Under the pieces are notes generated by a model. The model worked only from the letters and a program-made list of their open reading frames with translations, did no database searches and was not told where the DNA came from. The translations under genes and the position numbers were made by a program. A stretch of 64,000 bases of DNA from a virus: IMG/VR virus record IMGVR_UViG_3300049595_004693, positions 1 through 64,000 of that record. One strand, 5' to 3'. Numbering within the stretch: position 1 is the stretch's first letter; each line of letters starts with the position of its first letter. This document shows positions 38,609 to 49,174 of the stretch, one piece after another.

Positions 38609-38981
38609 TCAAACCCTACGTAGTCTAGGAAAGCTTGATAACCTTTGGTAGAGTCGCAATTTGAATATTCCGCCAAGTCGGCCTCAAATAAAAGCTCAGG
38701 AGTAAACACACTAGGCGCCAGCTTATTTAGCTTTTTAAAGAGGCTACTAACGCAGGCAGGGCACCCGCTGTCCGCAGTAGCACATATTCTGGCGATATTT
38801 AAAGCTTGCTCTCTAGTCATTTATCCCCCACAGGAATTTCAATAGTGAACAATAAAACGAATGGAGATATCACCGCGAGCGCCGCTATACAAATAGCAAC
38901 TGCTAAAAGACCTGCGGGCGCTATCAGCATGAGCCCAATGCGCTCAGGCCATTTTAACTTTCTAGTTTTTCTTAATTTCAT
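38605..38981 (-). CDS. Two small genes (38605-38820 CxxxxxGCxxC; 38817-38981 TM peptide)
   Basis: ATGA-coupled; the second was translated by hand (MKLRKTRKLKWPERIGLMLIAPAGLLAVAI...). Confidence 0.45.
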
Positions 38982-39582
38982 TTAACACTTCCTCTAAGCT
39001 AGCTGGACGCATATACCAAGTGGCGCCTGGCGCGTCAACGCCTACGTTTAACATTAGTGTACCATTAGATGTTCGCTTTGTCAACCAGCGCTCATGAACG
39101 TGCCCGCAGAGGAGCGTCAGCCCTTCATCTTTGGGGCGATGCTTGAGGTAGCGAATTGTTGTCGGCTGATCCTGATAAGTGTCTTCTACATCTTCGTAAG
39201 GGAAATGGCACAAGGCGAAGCGCTCATCTTCTAGAACAAGCTCTAGTTGCGTTTGTACAGAAGCCCACCCTAAGTCGAGATACTTCTGAACCCAGGTATG
39301 ATACTTCTCGGGAGTTTTGCCCTTATTGGAGGAATGAGGCTTATCATGATTTCCTAGGATAAGATGCTTAGTGCCGTTGAGTCTATGTAGCACGGCCTCC
39401 ACCTCACGTTCATGGAAACTAAAGTCTCCTAAATGATACACTAGATCCGTAGGACCCACCTGAGCGTTCCAGCTATTGATGAGTACCTCGCGCATCTCTT
39501 CTACGTTCCGAAAGGGTCTATTGCAGTACTTAATTATATTCGCATGCCCGTAGTGAGTGTCGCTAGTAAAGAATACGCTCAT
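38962..39582 (-). CDS. Calcineurin-like metallophosphoesterase
   Basis: SDTH, LGD, GNHD, GHVH, NVGVD. Confidence 0.92.
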   Translation of the reverse strand: MSVFFTSDTHYGHANIIKYCNRPFRNVEEMREVLINSWNAQVGPTDLVYHLGDFSFHEREVEAVLHRLNGTKHLILGNHDKPHSSNKGKTPEKYHTWVQKYLDLGWASVQTQLELVLEDERFALCHFPYEDVEDTYQDQPTTIRYLKHRPKDEGLTLLCGHVHERWLTKRTSNGTLMLNVGVDAPGATWYMRPASLEEVLNEIKKN

Positions 39583-39875
39583 ACATTTTTTAATGCCATA
39601 TTTATAGCAGCTAACCGCTGCTTAAGCTCCGCATTTTCTTTTTCTAGCTTCTCGATATACTCTTTGTCTTTGAGTACGAGTTGAACATTCCGACTTATTT
39701 CCACCCTATTAACCTCAGGATTGAACCCCAGTCTAAGTTCAGATGTATGCACCTCGATAAGATTTCTAGATATAAAGTCATTAAGCTGACCTAATATCGC
39801 CATTTCGGTTTGTCGAGCTGTTTCTTCAGCAACCTTACTTGCCAATAGATCTATCGCAGTTGTATTGTAAATCAT
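39579..39875 (-). CDS. Hypothetical protein
   Basis: AGGTGG SD; coiled-coil C-terminus. Confidence 0.5.
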   Translation of the reverse strand: MIYNTTAIDLLASKVAEETARQTEMAILGQLNDFISRNLIEVHTSELRLGFNPEVNRVEISRNVQLVLKDKEYIEKLEKENAELKQRLAAINMALKNV

Positions 39876-39982
39876 AAATAAACCACCTTAAAAGCATTCA
39901 CCGCTTGATATATTTTGTCCATCATGGCTGCATTAACTAAAATACTATCGCCCATGCGTGTCAGAAACCACCACGAGTTTTT

Positions 39983-40492
39983 TCATGACCACCACGACCC
40001 AGAATATTTTGTCACCATCGTGTCTGCTAGCCGCCTATCTCGCTGCCGTAGTAGATCAGTACGTTTGGTCATTAGCATTATTTCTTTGTGGTGCTGTGTT
40101 TCTAGCTCTACGCTTTTTACCCAAACACCATCTTTAAGATATTCCCAAGACATTACAAAAAATCCGTCAGAGTTTTCTTTAAGTATCTGTCTATAGTTTA
40201 CATTAAAAACAAATTTTTTGTGATCTTCCAACAGATCATCATAAAAGAAATCTGTCGTAATGCGCTCTAGAAGCTTAATTAAAATGCGTAGTGACTGTAG
40301 TTGGCGCTTTTCATATTGCACAAACTTAGAGTCTTTATGTAATTGCTTGTAGAGCCTTTTATATTTGTATAGGAGAATATTATCTACAAAGGCGTAATCC
40401 CAATCCCTATCTTTCCAGATGACGGGAGCCCACTCGATTACGCGCAGAATATTTTGAAAAAAGCTCCTAAGACTTCGCACGCTCATCCTCAA
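39983..40492 (-). CDS. Conserved-looking phage protein
   Basis: W.PVIWKDRDWD; ends in WW. Confidence 0.6.
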   Translation of the reverse strand: MRMSVRSLRSFFQNILRVIEWAPVIWKDRDWDYAFVDNILLYKYKRLYKQLHKDSKFVQYEKRQLQSLRILIKLLERITTDFFYDDLLEDHKKFVFNVNYRQILKENSDGFFVMSWEYLKDGVWVKSVELETQHHKEIMLMTKRTDLLRQRDRRLADTMVTKYSGSWWS

Positions 40493-40949
40493 GCATCTTT
40501 ATAAAGTTCTCCGTAGACTTTTTAAAAGCTCGCTCAATATCCTTCTTGCTTCGACTTACGCCCAATACCTCAAACCCTTTTTTATATCGCCCAAGGTATA
40601 GAATAATATCTGGCAATAGAGAATGTTCTATCCAGCTACGCACATTCTCCACATCAACTGTCTCGTTAGGTACAACATAAGCTACTAGCTTATCATCCCG
40701 CACCCCGTTATCCATACCTCTAATTAAGGCGACCGCCTGAGCGATCACTCTAGTTTTGGGAGGTATAGACTCACGACTATAAATAAATACGTCTAGAGCG
40801 TCCCCGTCCTCTTCTAGTGTTCCCGGAATATATCCATAATTTGAAGGGGTGCCTACGGGCAATACTCGGTCCAAAAAAAGTTCGCCTGATCTGATCTCAT
40901 ATTTATGAGCAGTGCCGTACGGCATTTCAACTATTGCGGTAAGGAGCAT
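40467..40949 (-). CDS. ppa: Inorganic pyrophosphatase (family I)
   Basis: KYE, LDR, NYGYIPGT..EDGDALDV, DDKL. Confidence 0.9.
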   Translation of the reverse strand: MLLTAIVEMPYGTAHKYEIRSGELFLDRVLPVGTPSNYGYIPGTLEEDGDALDVFIYSRESIPPKTRVIAQAVALIRGMDNGVRDDKLVAYVVPNETVDVENVRSWIEHSLLPDIILYLGRYKKGFEVLGVSRSKKDIERAFKKSTENFIKMLEDERAKS

Positions 40950-42154
40950 ATTTTTTCTTTAGCCTCGAGAGTTTTTTGTTCATGCTGAGCATAAGCACCA
41001 CTGTGAAGCTTCGCTCTTTTTCTCTACTAGAAATAATTTTACGAATACGAGAGAATCTGTGGAATTTAATCAGGCGGGACAACAGTGGAAACTTGCTAAG
41101 TCTCTTCTTACCACTTTCGATGCGATACTGAAGTCGAAAGCTTCGAGCCAAAAGCTTTTCTACAAATTCCTGAAGCTTGTCGATGCCGTCTAGCGTATCG
41201 ATTACGTCTTGATAACTCACACATCTTCCCAATAAATAGTTAAATAATCATCAAATGCACTTCCAACAATAGTATATCCTAAATTAGCTAAACTAATTCT
41301 AACATTTGGCGTAGCTACATTTCTGGATATTTGAAGGTCCGTCGCTGCTCTAAGTCTAGCTGCATTTTCAATTTCATTAAGAATACTATATAAAAATTCT
41401 TTATCACGAAGTGGTTGTGATTCTTTAGCAATCCTTAAAGCTTCTTTAGCACTTAGCACGATTAATCCTCCTGCTTACGCGAGCTATTTTGTTACGCACA
41501 TTACGTTTTGCCTTATCCACACACTTTTGTTTAGGCGCTCGGCGCATTAAAGCCCTTAGACGACGAAACTCCTTACGATTGAGTTTTGGGGCCTTAAGCT
41601 GAGGCGTGCTCGCGTTCGCTTCGGCTGTAGAAAGCTCTCCAAGTTCGGTGATATCAGTGCTCATTCAATAGCTTCTTTCTTTTTTGTTGATTTAAATGGT
41701 TCAGGAGCCTGAATCCACTCAGGCACCATTTCTAATTTTACAACGCCACATTTCTTAGCGCAAGTAGAATATTTTAAAAGCTGAGCTACAGAGGAATATG
41801 CCTCAACATAGTGTTTATCTACACCCTCCGATAGAGTGGTGCCACAAACATACCACACTTGTTTTTTTTCTTTATTTTTCAAAATGGCTCCCTTTCGATG
41901 GCTTGTTGTAATTTCACCTCAAGAAGTTTTAGCAAATTCAAAATATCGGTGGTAATATCGCCATTAAGCATATCATCCATTTCTACTTCTCCATGTACCG
42001 ACAAAAGTACCTGACCGTGGGCAGGGACGCCCACCACCGCAAACATGGTAATGATAAAAATGTCGCGGTCTTCCTCTTCACGAACGACAACTTGATAGCG
42101 TGAGTTGTAGTTTTTGATAGTGTTTTCGAGAGCTTGTTGAAGAGCTTCTACCAT
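40927..42154 (-). CDS. Five small hypothetical genes (40927-41232, 41217-41459, 41446-41664, 41661-41882, 41879-42154)
   Basis: Coupled ORFs. Confidence 0.5.
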
Positions 42155-42161
42155 ATCCTAT

Positions 42162-42190
42162 AGTATATCAGTAAATTTTGCGTTTCGCCA
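42162..42190 (-). promoter_or_regulatory. Sigma70-type (extended -10) promoter
   Basis: TGGCGA-17-TATACT with TG extension; 7 nt to ATG. Confidence 0.45.
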
Positions 42191-42303
42191 GTTAAAAATC
42201 AAAAAGTTTACGCTCAAGCCACGGTCCCCCGCAGACAATTCTTAAAAATCGCAAATAAGGAAAAATGAAAATAGCAAGTGCTTGTAATATTAAGTAATTA
42301 TTT

Positions 42304-42981
42304 TTAGGAATTTTGCCACATCGCAGAGCCTAGCTCAGGATATTGCTCAGATACGACAGATTTGATGGCAAGTGCGATATCTCTATGCTCTTTTTGTGTG
42401 GTAGGATCAGTGCGTACCTCGATATAGTGCAACCAGCTTCTAACGGATCCGGTCATAAATAAGGTGGTTTCTGTGGAAAGAGGAAGCACCATGCGAGCCT
42501 GTTCCTTTGCCACTCCCTTCTGAAGGGCCGTATTGTAAATTTCCATAGATTTTTCAGCTAGTTGCTTCTGAGCCTCTGCAAACCACATCTGGTCTTCGTC
42601 ACTCATGTCGTCGATGCTATTTTGGCGGTTCTTAGAGTCCTGCCTTCTAGCCTTATACGCGATAGTATTAGTAGCTACTTGGTATCTTTGAGAAAATTCT
42701 TGAAAAACAAACGATCGGTGGCGCAAAATCTGAGCGGCTATTGCGCGGCTTGTAGTTATCTTGAAGGTAAGGTAGGCGTGCTCAAACGGACTCCAGTGCT
42801 TGTGCTTAATTAGATATCTAAGTAGCTTGGGCGCCGTCTCGTGGTTCATTTGATTAGTGGGATTACTCACCCGCGCCACATAAGCTATGAACTCATTAGG
42901 GCTCATCCCGTCATGAGCACCCGGCTGTGGGACGGCGGAGGTCTGGGCTACGAGCTGTACGCTAAAAGACGTGTCTTTCAT
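42304..42981 (-). CDS. thyX: Flavin-dependent thymidylate synthase
   Basis: HWSPFEH, QILRHRSF.FQEFSQRY, AR.VLP, TQKEHR. Confidence 0.95.
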   Translation of the reverse strand: MKDTSFSVQLVAQTSAVPQPGAHDGMSPNEFIAYVARVSNPTNQMNHETAPKLLRYLIKHKHWSPFEHAYLTFKITTSRAIAAQILRHRSFVFQEFSQRYQVATNTIAYKARRQDSKNRQNSIDDMSDEDQMWFAEAQKQLAEKSMEIYNTALQKGVAKEQARMVLPLSTETTLFMTGSVRSWLHYIEVRTDPTTQKEHRDIALAIKSVVSEQYPELGSAMWQNS

Positions 42982-44546
42982 GGGCGATCCTCAGTTGCAT
43001 TGATGTCCACTTCAAAGGTTGGATTGCCGGGAGCAGTTTTAGGGCGGCCGACTCGTCGAGCACCACCTGACACTCTTCACCTCTTGCGATGTCCTTACCA
43101 AATTGCTTAGCCGCACTTTGATTATACACTATGAATAGATAAAATCCTGGAGAGTATACAGACACCTCTCCACGTCTACCAACAAGCACAGCCTCTTTAG
43201 TTTTTTTGTGCTCTACACAGGAATAGCCTAGAATTTTTTTAGAACATTCCTTCCAGTTCATGCATCCTCATAATAACGAATCGTATACCATCCTTGAGTG
43301 GTGCGAACAGAGAGTGTTCCTTGCGTATAATCGGTAGCCTCTACTAATCCTAACTGCATTTCTCCAGAGTTGGCCATAAATCTAAAAGATTGCCCTAGAA
43401 TTGGCAAAGATCGTAATGTGCCGAAATCCAAATAGTAATACTGATCGTTTTCGTATTTATAAATATACCCATCAATCATCCGTAACCTCGTCGTATTTGT
43501 AAAAAGCGATCACGCTGTCTGCAATCTTCTTAGCTTCTTCTTTTCCAGTCATCTCATAAATATACAATGCTGCAGCAGCTACCGGAATGCCTGTCATAAT
43601 ACTGGCATTATTTATAGCGTCCATGATTGGAATAGTGTTGCCTCTATGTTCCATATAAGATTTGATAACTGGAAAAGCTACTCGATAGAGTTTTAAGCTA
43701 AGCCTCACTACAAGCCACCATGTCTCGCGCAATTTTATCTAATAGCTCAGAAAAATGCTCATCTTTTTCTTTAGTAAGTGGTCCAAACGACACTTCTTCC
43801 TCAATAGCACGCAGCGCTTCTGTAAAAGTCATTTTTTCTAAAGCATAATCAACACAGATTCTACACATTATGAAGTTACCGCTAAAAATAAAAGAATTAA
43901 ACCTACCGCCACTAGTCCCCAAAGTGCTTTTATTTCTTCTTTGTTCATTGACGAGTCCCCAAACCATCACAACCAGCTATATCAGGATTTTTTTTACAAC
44001 GAGTAGTCACTTCATCTGTGATATCTTTGCCGTTATGATAATATCTTACAGAAACACAACTACTCGTAAATATCGCCATTAGCATCAATAGCATCATCTT
44101 CATATTCCGAAACCTGCCTACGATAAAATTCTAATTTAGCTGACTCAAGTACGCCAATGATTTCATTGAGCGCCGTATAATTAACCTTTCCAACAGTATT
44201 CAGCCTAGCCAAACACAATTGAGAAATAAGGTAATTAAGTTCTCCGGGAGATTCAATCGGACCGTCAAAAAATCCAGCCACCAACGGTTCTAATTCCTGG
44301 CGCAGCTCTTGTTTAATATACGGCATCCTCTAACTCCTTCATAAACTTAGTCATCTTTTTGGTGCATGTGGACCAATCTTTGGTTTGCTCTACACATCCT
44401 AGTCTATACGATTCTGCAGCACTTGTCAAGTGGGCTCTTTTAAGATTCTCTGGATCGTATATGATCGAGTGGGCGTATAAATCTAGCAACACCCCCACAC
44501 TAAATGCCGCGGTCAATCTTACGGATGTCGGAATCGACCATTTCAT
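42962..44546 (-). CDS. Cluster of small hypothetical genes (42962-43261, 43258-43479, 43472-43732, 43698-43970, 44060-44326, 44313-44546)
   Basis: Coupled ORFs; 44060-44326 has the common phage pattern MPYI...PGELNY...[12 protein letters not shown]...YED...NGD. Confidence 0.55.
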
Positions 44547-45483
44547 GTATCATCTCCTCAAATGAAATCAAAGGCTCCCAACCCAACACATTGAGAGCTT
44601 TTGAGGCGTCCCCTAAAAGAACATCTACCTCAGATGGACGCTTTAGCGTTTCGTCAACAACTACGTAATCTCTCCAATTAAGGTCAACTGAGGAAAATGC
44701 TACGTCTAGCAAATACTCTACGGAGTAGGTACACCCGGTGGCTAAAACATAATCATCCGGCCGTTCGTGTTGTAGCATTTTCCACATTCCCGATACATAA
44801 TCTACAGCATGTCCCCAGTCTCTATGGGCGGAAAGATTTCCTAAGTGCAGCTTATCTCTGCGCTTTCTTAAAATCTCCGCCACCGCCTTGGTCACTTTGC
44901 GAGTTACAAACTCTTCACCCCTTCGCGGCGACTCGTGATTAAAAAGGATCCCACTACAAGCAAATAATCCGTAGGACTCTCTATAGTTCTTAGTGATCCA
45001 GTGTGAAAATAACTTAGCACATCCGTATGGAGATCTAGGATAGAACGGCGTGGTCTCATTCTGAGCAGGTTCCTGTACTTTTCCATACATCTCTGAAGAA
45101 GATGCCTGGTAAAATTTAATGTCGGCATTCTTTAGGTCGGTGCCATGAACCGTGCGAATAGCTTCAAGTATACGTAGTGTTCCTACTCCAGTAATGTCTG
45201 CAGTAAGTACCGGGGTATTAAAGGAGGTGCCCACGTGACTTTGCGCGGCCAAGTTGTACACCTCTTGAGCACCTGAAACCTCTAGAGCGTTGGTAAGCGA
45301 GCCGCTGTCAGTGAGGTCGGCTGAAATAAATTTAATATCTTTCTCAATATGTGCAATATTATCTAGATTGGGCCGGGACGCGCGTCGCACAGTACCAAAA
45401 ACTTCATAATTTTTTTGCAAGAGAAGTTCAGCCAGATATGACCCATCCTGACCTGTAATTCCAGTAATCAATGCTTTTTTCAT
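44500..45483 (-). CDS. gmd: GDP-mannose 4,6-dehydratase
   Basis: [49 protein letters not shown]. Confidence 0.95.
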   Translation of the reverse strand: MKKALITGITGQDGSYLAELLLQKNYEVFGTVRRASRPNLDNIAHIEKDIKFISADLTDSGSLTNALEVSGAQEVYNLAAQSHVGTSFNTPVLTADITGVGTLRILEAIRTVHGTDLKNADIKFYQASSSEMYGKVQEPAQNETTPFYPRSPYGCAKLFSHWITKNYRESYGLFACSGILFNHESPRRGEEFVTRKVTKAVAEILRKRRDKLHLGNLSAHRDWGHAVDYVSGMWKMLQHERPDDYVLATGCTYSVEYLLDVAFSSVDLNWRDYVVVDETLKRPSEVDVLLGDASKALNVLGWEPLISFEEMIHEMVDSDIRKIDRGI

Positions 45484-46676
45484 TCTGTATATCCTAATAG
45501 TACATCAACATATTCATGAATTGCGTAAGCCGGTAGTTTGTGAGGAGGAAGCCCTATATATAATCCAGCGCTATGCACTCTTTCCGCCCCAGGAAGCGTA
45601 TCCGCTGGAGGGAATACAAAAGTGGTTTCTTGAAGCATGGGCTGTCGTAAGAAGTTGCCGCTCACGATAGGGCGATTATCCATGCCATTCTTAAGAAGAT
45701 AGTCAGAATATTTCTTTCTATCATAATCTGTCATGAAAGGAAATCCAAACCAGGCGGCCGTGACACCGCGAGAAGCCAGAGGAAAGGTGAGCTGTCCCTT
45801 GAATCGGTTGTCGGAAGTGAGAGCTTCGATCAGCGCTTCGCGATTATACACCCTGGCTGCATTCATTTCTTCAATCTTCTTAAGCTGCACCACCCCAATC
45901 GCAGCGTTGATGTCGGTTGGTCGCAAATTAAATCCAGCTTCTAAAAACAAGAATCTAGGGTCTACGTCCGGAGCATATCGTGTATACATTTCTTTTAGAT
46001 CTTGGCGAAGATCACGCACCCACCCGTGACTCCTAAGCATTAAAAGCAACGAATAGATTTGATGGTGATTAGTAACGACGTATCCGCCCTCACCCGTTGT
46101 GATATGGTGAGAAAAGTAAGAGCTAAACGTACCCATAGCCCCAAACGTGCCTAGCTTTTTGTTATTAAACGAAGAGCCCATACTTTCGCAGGTGTCTTCA
46201 ATTAGCAGCAGTTTATTATCACTTACAAATTCCATAACGGAATCCATGCTAGCGCTGTTGCCTAAAATATGTACCGCTAAAAGAGCTTTAGTTTTATCTG
46301 TGAGTTTTGAACGAGCGGAGGCTAAGTCGATGTTTAAAGTTCTATGATCAACGTCTACGAATACAGGTTTAAGACCTAGTTGAATAATAGGAGCGACCGA
46401 GGTGGCCCAAGCGACGGCTGGCACAAGTACCTCGTCTCCGTTTTCTAGCCTACGCTCTTTAGGAAAATAGGAGCTTTTGGTGGCGGCCAAAGCCAGTAAG
46501 TTAGCGGAGGATCCGCTGTTTACCATGATGCAATACTTAGCTCCTACGTATTTCGCAAACGCTTCTTCCATCTCTTTGGTTTTAGGTCCCATAGTAAGCA
46601 TCCCGCTTTTGATGACAGAAATAGCGGCTTCTTTTTCGGCTGCAGTAATCGTATCGAACGCCATTGGGAATTTCAT
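45480..46676 (-). CDS. PLP-dependent DegT-family enzyme of ColD type (GDP-4-keto-6-deoxymannose 3-dehydratase-like)
   Basis: [27 protein letters not shown] with His at the usual Schiff-base Lys position. Confidence 0.8.
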   Translation of the reverse strand: MKFPMAFDTITAAEKEAAISVIKSGMLTMGPKTKEMEEAFAKYVGAKYCIMVNSGSSANLLALAATKSSYFPKERRLENGDEVLVPAVAWATSVAPIIQLGLKPVFVDVDHRTLNIDLASARSKLTDKTKALLAVHILGNSASMDSVMEFVSDNKLLLIEDTCESMGSSFNNKKLGTFGAMGTFSSYFSHHITTGEGGYVVTNHHQIYSLLLMLRSHGWVRDLRQDLKEMYTRYAPDVDPRFLFLEAGFNLRPTDINAAIGVVQLKKIEEMNAARVYNREALIEALTSDNRFKGQLTFPLASRGVTAAWFGFPFMTDYDRKKYSDYLLKNGMDNRPIVSGNFLRQPMLQETTFVFPPADTLPGAERVHSAGLYIGLPPHKLPAYAIHEYVDVLLGYTE

Positions 46677-47758
46677 TTTAGCAGAATCTCCAGAGATTTG
46701 CCATAAGCTAATCCATTTAGCGGATTAAACCCGACAACATTACCTTCATAACGATTAGAAGGAAAATCATCGAATAAAAACTCATCGCGCATAACCACAC
46801 TCCAATCAATCTTACTAGAGGCAGGGGAAGCGGATTCTGTGATGAGAGAGGCTGAATGCAAATCTGCATGAGCACTAGTATGCAGTACATAATTAAAGAA
46901 CTTTTGATTAACTACTCCGGATTCTTTCATAAGAGCTGCAAACATTGGATTTGCTGAGGAGTAACTCTGTGCAGCTACAAATCGCATACCAAGTTTTGCA
47001 AGTTTACTTTGAAAAGCTTTGATTATGAGTTGATAACCAACCATACAAGTGTATTCAATAAAATAAAGTCGACGATTTTTAGCGTGATATGTAATAGGTG
47101 CTATAAAAAGCAAAAACCAACCTTCTAAAAACAGTTTTTTAGTAAAGATCTTTTTAAAGATTTTGCGGTTGGTAACTAAATAGGCGGCTGCCAACACTCC
47201 GCTAAAAAATACAGCATCCACTCCAGTAGAAATAACTCTTTGTTTACCGTAAGGAGTATTATTATATACAGTATAATTATTACGAATAAGCTTAATTACG
47301 GCTCTAATAAAATGACGTTTTACCTTACGCGATATTGGACCTTGAGTGATACCTAGACATACTCCAAGCACAGCTTCAATTGGAGTAGTAACATCTCCAC
47401 CTCCACTATCGTTGCGTGTAAATACGCCATATTTATCAATAAAATTAGAAGAACCGCTAATAAGTGCTGGAGCAGGGTTGGCCCAAACCATAGCGCCGTG
47501 TCGAATAGCTTGATGGTCTCCTACCCCATGAATATTAGAAAAAGTTCTACGGGTTATATAGGAAGCTCCTATAGTTTTGCCCGGACGAACATAATCAGTA
47601 GCCATAGATCGCAGTTTTAAAATATCTTTATAAATAACAGAAAGATCAGGACGAGCTGTATAGTTGCCAAAAGGAATACGAGCTTGATATATGCGATAAA
47701 AGCCAACTAATGGAATTAAAATAGCCTTGAGTGGTAAAGTTAAATAAAACCAAAACAT
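46673..47758 (-). CDS. Hypothetical low-GC protein within the glycan cassette
   Basis: 361-aa ORF with hydrophobic segments; no motif recognised. Confidence 0.55.
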   Translation of the reverse strand: MFWFYLTLPLKAILIPLVGFYRIYQARIPFGNYTARPDLSVIYKDILKLRSMATDYVRPGKTIGASYITRRTFSNIHGVGDHQAIRHGAMVWANPAPALISGSSNFIDKYGVFTRNDSGGGDVTTPIEAVLGVCLGITQGPISRKVKRHFIRAVIKLIRNNYTVYNNTPYGKQRVISTGVDAVFFSGVLAAAYLVTNRKIFKKIFTKKLFLEGWFLLFIAPITYHAKNRRLYFIEYTCMVGYQLIIKAFQSKLAKLGMRFVAAQSYSSANPMFAALMKESGVVNQKFFNYVLHTSAHADLHSASLITESASPASSKIDWSVVMRDEFLFDDFPSNRYEGNVVGFNPLNGLAYGKSLEILLK

Positions 47759-48189
47759 TAGAAAAAAGTTCCTCTTTTGGAGTCTGAAATAATTTTAATA
47801 CGTAAATTAATACTATTTTGCAAAGGCGCGTTAGGAAATTCTTTGTCTAATACGTGCGATGAAGTATGCGCATAATATACATCAAACTCTTTGAATAAAC
47901 GAATACCTAATTTATAGTTATATTCTACAGTTTGATGACTTCCTTTAGCCATTAGTGTGGTAACGTTATTTTCATATAATAAATATGTGTTAATAGAAAT
48001 GTCTAAATTTAGATCCAGTCTAGATTCTGGTGCAACAGGAGACCACGGATGTCGAGTAACCCCATAGTACCAAAAATGTTCTAAATTAAGATTATCCACT
48101 TTAAAAAGTGGGTCGGCGTTGGCTGGCAGCGACGGTAATAAGATTAAGATAAGAAGAAACAAATTTTTGATACGATCTTTCAGTTTCAT
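47758..48189 (-). CDS. Putative small outer-membrane beta-barrel protein
   Basis: Signal peptide ending ANA; alternating strands; YYAHTSSH; terminal Phe. Confidence 0.45.
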   Translation of the reverse strand: MKLKDRIKNLFLLILILLPSLPANADPLFKVDNLNLEHFWYYGVTRHPWSPVAPESRLDLNLDISINTYLLYENNVTTLMAKGSHQTVEYNYKLGIRLFKEFDVYYAHTSSHVLDKEFPNAPLQNSINLRIKIISDSKRGTFF

Positions 48190-49174
48190 ATAGCCGCTTA
48201 GCCTCTTTCCCAAACGATTCTCGTTTGTCTTTATCAGTATACAACAAATCTAGCTTTTTGGCAAGCTCTTTGTAGTTTTCATTAGGAAATATATACCCAG
48301 TCTTTCCGTCAAGCACCGCCTCATCAAGCGCCCCCACATCAGAGCTAATTACCGGCTTACCTAGAGCCTGCGCCTCAATGACTACAGTAGCAATAAGCTC
48401 GTCTCTAGAAGGCATAATCAGCGCGTCGCAGTGCTGCAGTACGGCGGCTTTGGAAGACTCGTTGAGCACGCCAGTAAATTTTACAGACTTAATACCTCTA
48501 GTGTTAAGAGTTTCATTAAGTTTATTAAAGTAATTTTGATCTAGAGTTCTGCCAGAGATAATAACCTTGACATTAGTTCGCACCTCTTCCATAGCTCGTA
48601 TGAGAACATCCTGCCCCTTACGAGGCTCGATGCTTCCTAGCTGCAAAACGTAGAGCGCTTCGGGGTCTTTCTCAAAAGGAACAACGTAGTTGTCGCTAGG
48701 TTTTATTGTAGTACCTGTATAAATTACATTAGCCTTATCTAAATCTATAAATCTTGCGTAGTTTTTTACGGACCATTTAGAAGGAAATATCGTGAACGTG
48801 GCCATCCTAAGAGCGTTTCTAATAATTGGATTGTTGGTTGTCATCTGAACGCCAAACTCAGGCTCGTGTATTCCCCAAAGTACGGGTGTCCTAGCTGCGT
48901 TAACGCCATAAATACAGTTATACCCAATAAGTGTGTTCACTAATGCAACATCAACTTGTTGGGCTAGGGCGTAGCTGGCCGAAGGGTCGGTGAGAATGCT
49001 TGGAATTACTCTAACCACTACTCCCATCTTTTCGTATAGTTCTTTTTGTGGTCCGTCTGACGCAGACACCACAAATACTTTATAACCTAGCCGGACTAGC
49101 TCAGAGCTTAAATTAAAGCATGCAGCAGGGACGCCACTGAAGGCAAGCTCATTTACGATCATTAAGATTTTCAC
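48101..49174 (-). CDS. GT4 glycosyltransferase
   Basis: GSIEPRKGQ, MPSRDE...EAQALGKPVI, DGKTG. Confidence 0.92.
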   Translation of the reverse strand: MKILMIVNELAFSGVPAACFNLSSELVRLGYKVFVVSASDGPQKELYEKMGVVVRVIPSILTDPSASYALAQQVDVALVNTLIGYNCIYGVNAARTPVLWGIHEPEFGVQMTTNNPIIRNALRMATFTIFPSKWSVKNYARFIDLDKANVIYTGTTIKPSDNYVVPFEKDPEALYVLQLGSIEPRKGQDVLIRAMEEVRTNVKVIISGRTLDQNYFNKLNETLNTRGIKSVKFTGVLNESSKAAVLQHCDALIMPSRDELIATVVIEAQALGKPVISSDVGALDEAVLDGKTGYIFPNENYKELAKKLDLLYTDKDKRESFGKEAKRLYETERSYQKFVSSYLNLITVAASQRRPTF

